In this document: positions 62,307 to 64,000 of the stretch, one piece after another | Layout of the letters: every line of letters begins with the position of its first letter | Position numbering within the stretch: the first letter of the stretch is position 1 | Source of the DNA: Tubiluchus corallicola | Taxonomy: Eukaryota > Animalia > Priapulida | DNA length: 64,000 bases | Direction: 5' to 3' | Assembly: GCA_030141605.1 (NCBI GenBank) | Contig: JAQGDQ010000065.1 | Location: 372,001-436,000 of the forward strand | The notes under the pieces: model-generated | The model's database searches: none | What the model was told of the DNA's origin: nothing | What the model saw: only the letters and a program-made list of their open reading frames with translations | Made by a program: the position numbers and the translations under genes

Positions 62307-64000
62307 GCATAGAAAACATACACAGCGCTCTTAAAACAATATAATGTCCACATACTTAATAACAATAAACCTACTCGAATTTCTAAAACATCAGCCACAG
62401 TAATCGACCATTTCATTTCGAATAGTGACAATAAATTCGTAGCATATGATACTTTCCCGTGTGATTGTTCAGATCATTATTTCACAATAGTAGATAAAAT
62501 GTCCCCACAGCATAACTATAGCCAAAATTCAGTCTGGCATTTAATGAGAGACTACGCCCAATACAGTAAACATTCATACTTAATCGACTTAGCTAAAATG
62601 AACTGGGCCTCTATATATATATATGACTGATAAAATAGATACACACGTAAATATTCTGATTAATGATGTCGAATATTACCTTAATGTACATGCACCATAT
62701 AAAAACGTAAAACAACTACCAAAGCAAAGCAAACTCAATAACGAAAGTACCTGGACAACACTTGAAGTTGACAAACTAAGAATAACGAAAAACAGAATGT
62801 ATAATATATGGGAAAAGAACAAAACTAAAAACAATCATAACAATTATAAAACAAGAGAAATCAGTTTAATAATCTTAATAAATGCTTGAGAAATAAACAT
62901 ATAAAACAACAATGTAAAAACGCAACAAAAACTAAAGAAAAGTGGAAAATTATTAACAATGTAGTAAATAGTTGCCGTAACACTAACTAACGCGGATTGA
63001 CGAAATTAAATTTTCGCGGACACTGTTATTACAAAGTCCAAAGATATTGCCTACGCGCTAAATACAACATTCTTGAATCTTGGAATTTTAATGGAGTGGC
63101 TTCTCAAATTAGCAATAATATCATTAACAAATTTAAAAACAAATCGACTAACACAGTTTCTCATTCACAAGCGTCACAGTAGGAGAAATTATGGACATAT
63201 TAAATAACCTAAATTTTAACAAAGGGAGTGGACCATCAAATATTCCTATCAAAATTCTAAATGACAGTGCATCTGTAATAGCCCTGCATATCACTTACAT
63301 TGATAATCAGATAGTTATGAGAGGCGAATTTCCAACTGTATGTAAAATGGCAAACGTGACTCCAATCCACAAAAAAGATCCAAAATGGGACCCCATGAAT
63401 TATCGCCCAATTTCCGCAAAATATGTTGTTTTGGCAAAGGATTATTTATGATCAGATAAATTCATACGTAAATAAACATGAACTTTTATCAAAACATCAG
63501 TTTTGGCTTCCGTAAACACCATTCAATCATTGACCCCCTAATACACACTACAGAAAATTGGAGACATAGCCTAGGCAACAAGCAATACATTTTAGTGGCA
63601 TTTTTGGATTTAAGTAAAGCATTCGGTAGCATTAATCACGAACTACTTTTCGATAAATGGGATTTGATTCGATATCGTTAAAACTGATAGAAAATTATCT
63701 CAAAGATAGACAAGAACGAGTAAGGTTAGATACAAGCAATTTTTCTGACTAAGCCATGTTAAAGAGAGGAACACTACTAGGTCCGTTATTATTTTGCCTA
63801 TATATAAACAACATATCCAGTGTATTACAACACTCACAAATTACACAATACGCTGATGACGCTACAATTTACTTAGCCCACGAAAATATCCAAACTGCAA
63901 AAAATTATTTAGAAAAAGATATAAAAATATAAATATGGCATTTAGTCACTACAAGCTAAAAATGAATAACGATAAAACAGAATTCATGATACTGTCACCC
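62307..64000 (+). repeat. Near-identical tandem duplicate of the 59353 LINE copy (period 2954 bp; runs off the window end)
   Basis: The same broken ORFs recur at +2954 (59669/62623, 60043/62997, 60237/63191, 60524/63478). Confidence 0.92.

Overview
AT-rich, intron-containing eukaryotic (invertebrate metazoan-like) genomic DNA. Host genes: an intronless glomulin ORF (2416-4131, +), a 4-exon DUF4807/F58A4.6-like gene (about 5080-18036, +) and a 15-exon VPS33A gene (45725-18429, -). The rest is dense in transposons: MITEs of hAT, pogo, Harbinger and Kolobok type, CR1/L2-group LINEs, and decayed Gypsy and BEL remnants. The standout is a complete, very young BEL/Pao LTR retrotransposon (7959-15678, -; 407-bp LTRs with no mismatch seen, AATAT target duplication). 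Its single open 2217-aa polyprotein carries an in-frame, intronless glycogenin (GT8) catalytic domain between an N-terminal SAP motif and the Gag core. The DxD motif, the metal-binding His and the self-glucosylated Tyr are all retained. All assignments were made by eye from recalled protein families; no database search was run.
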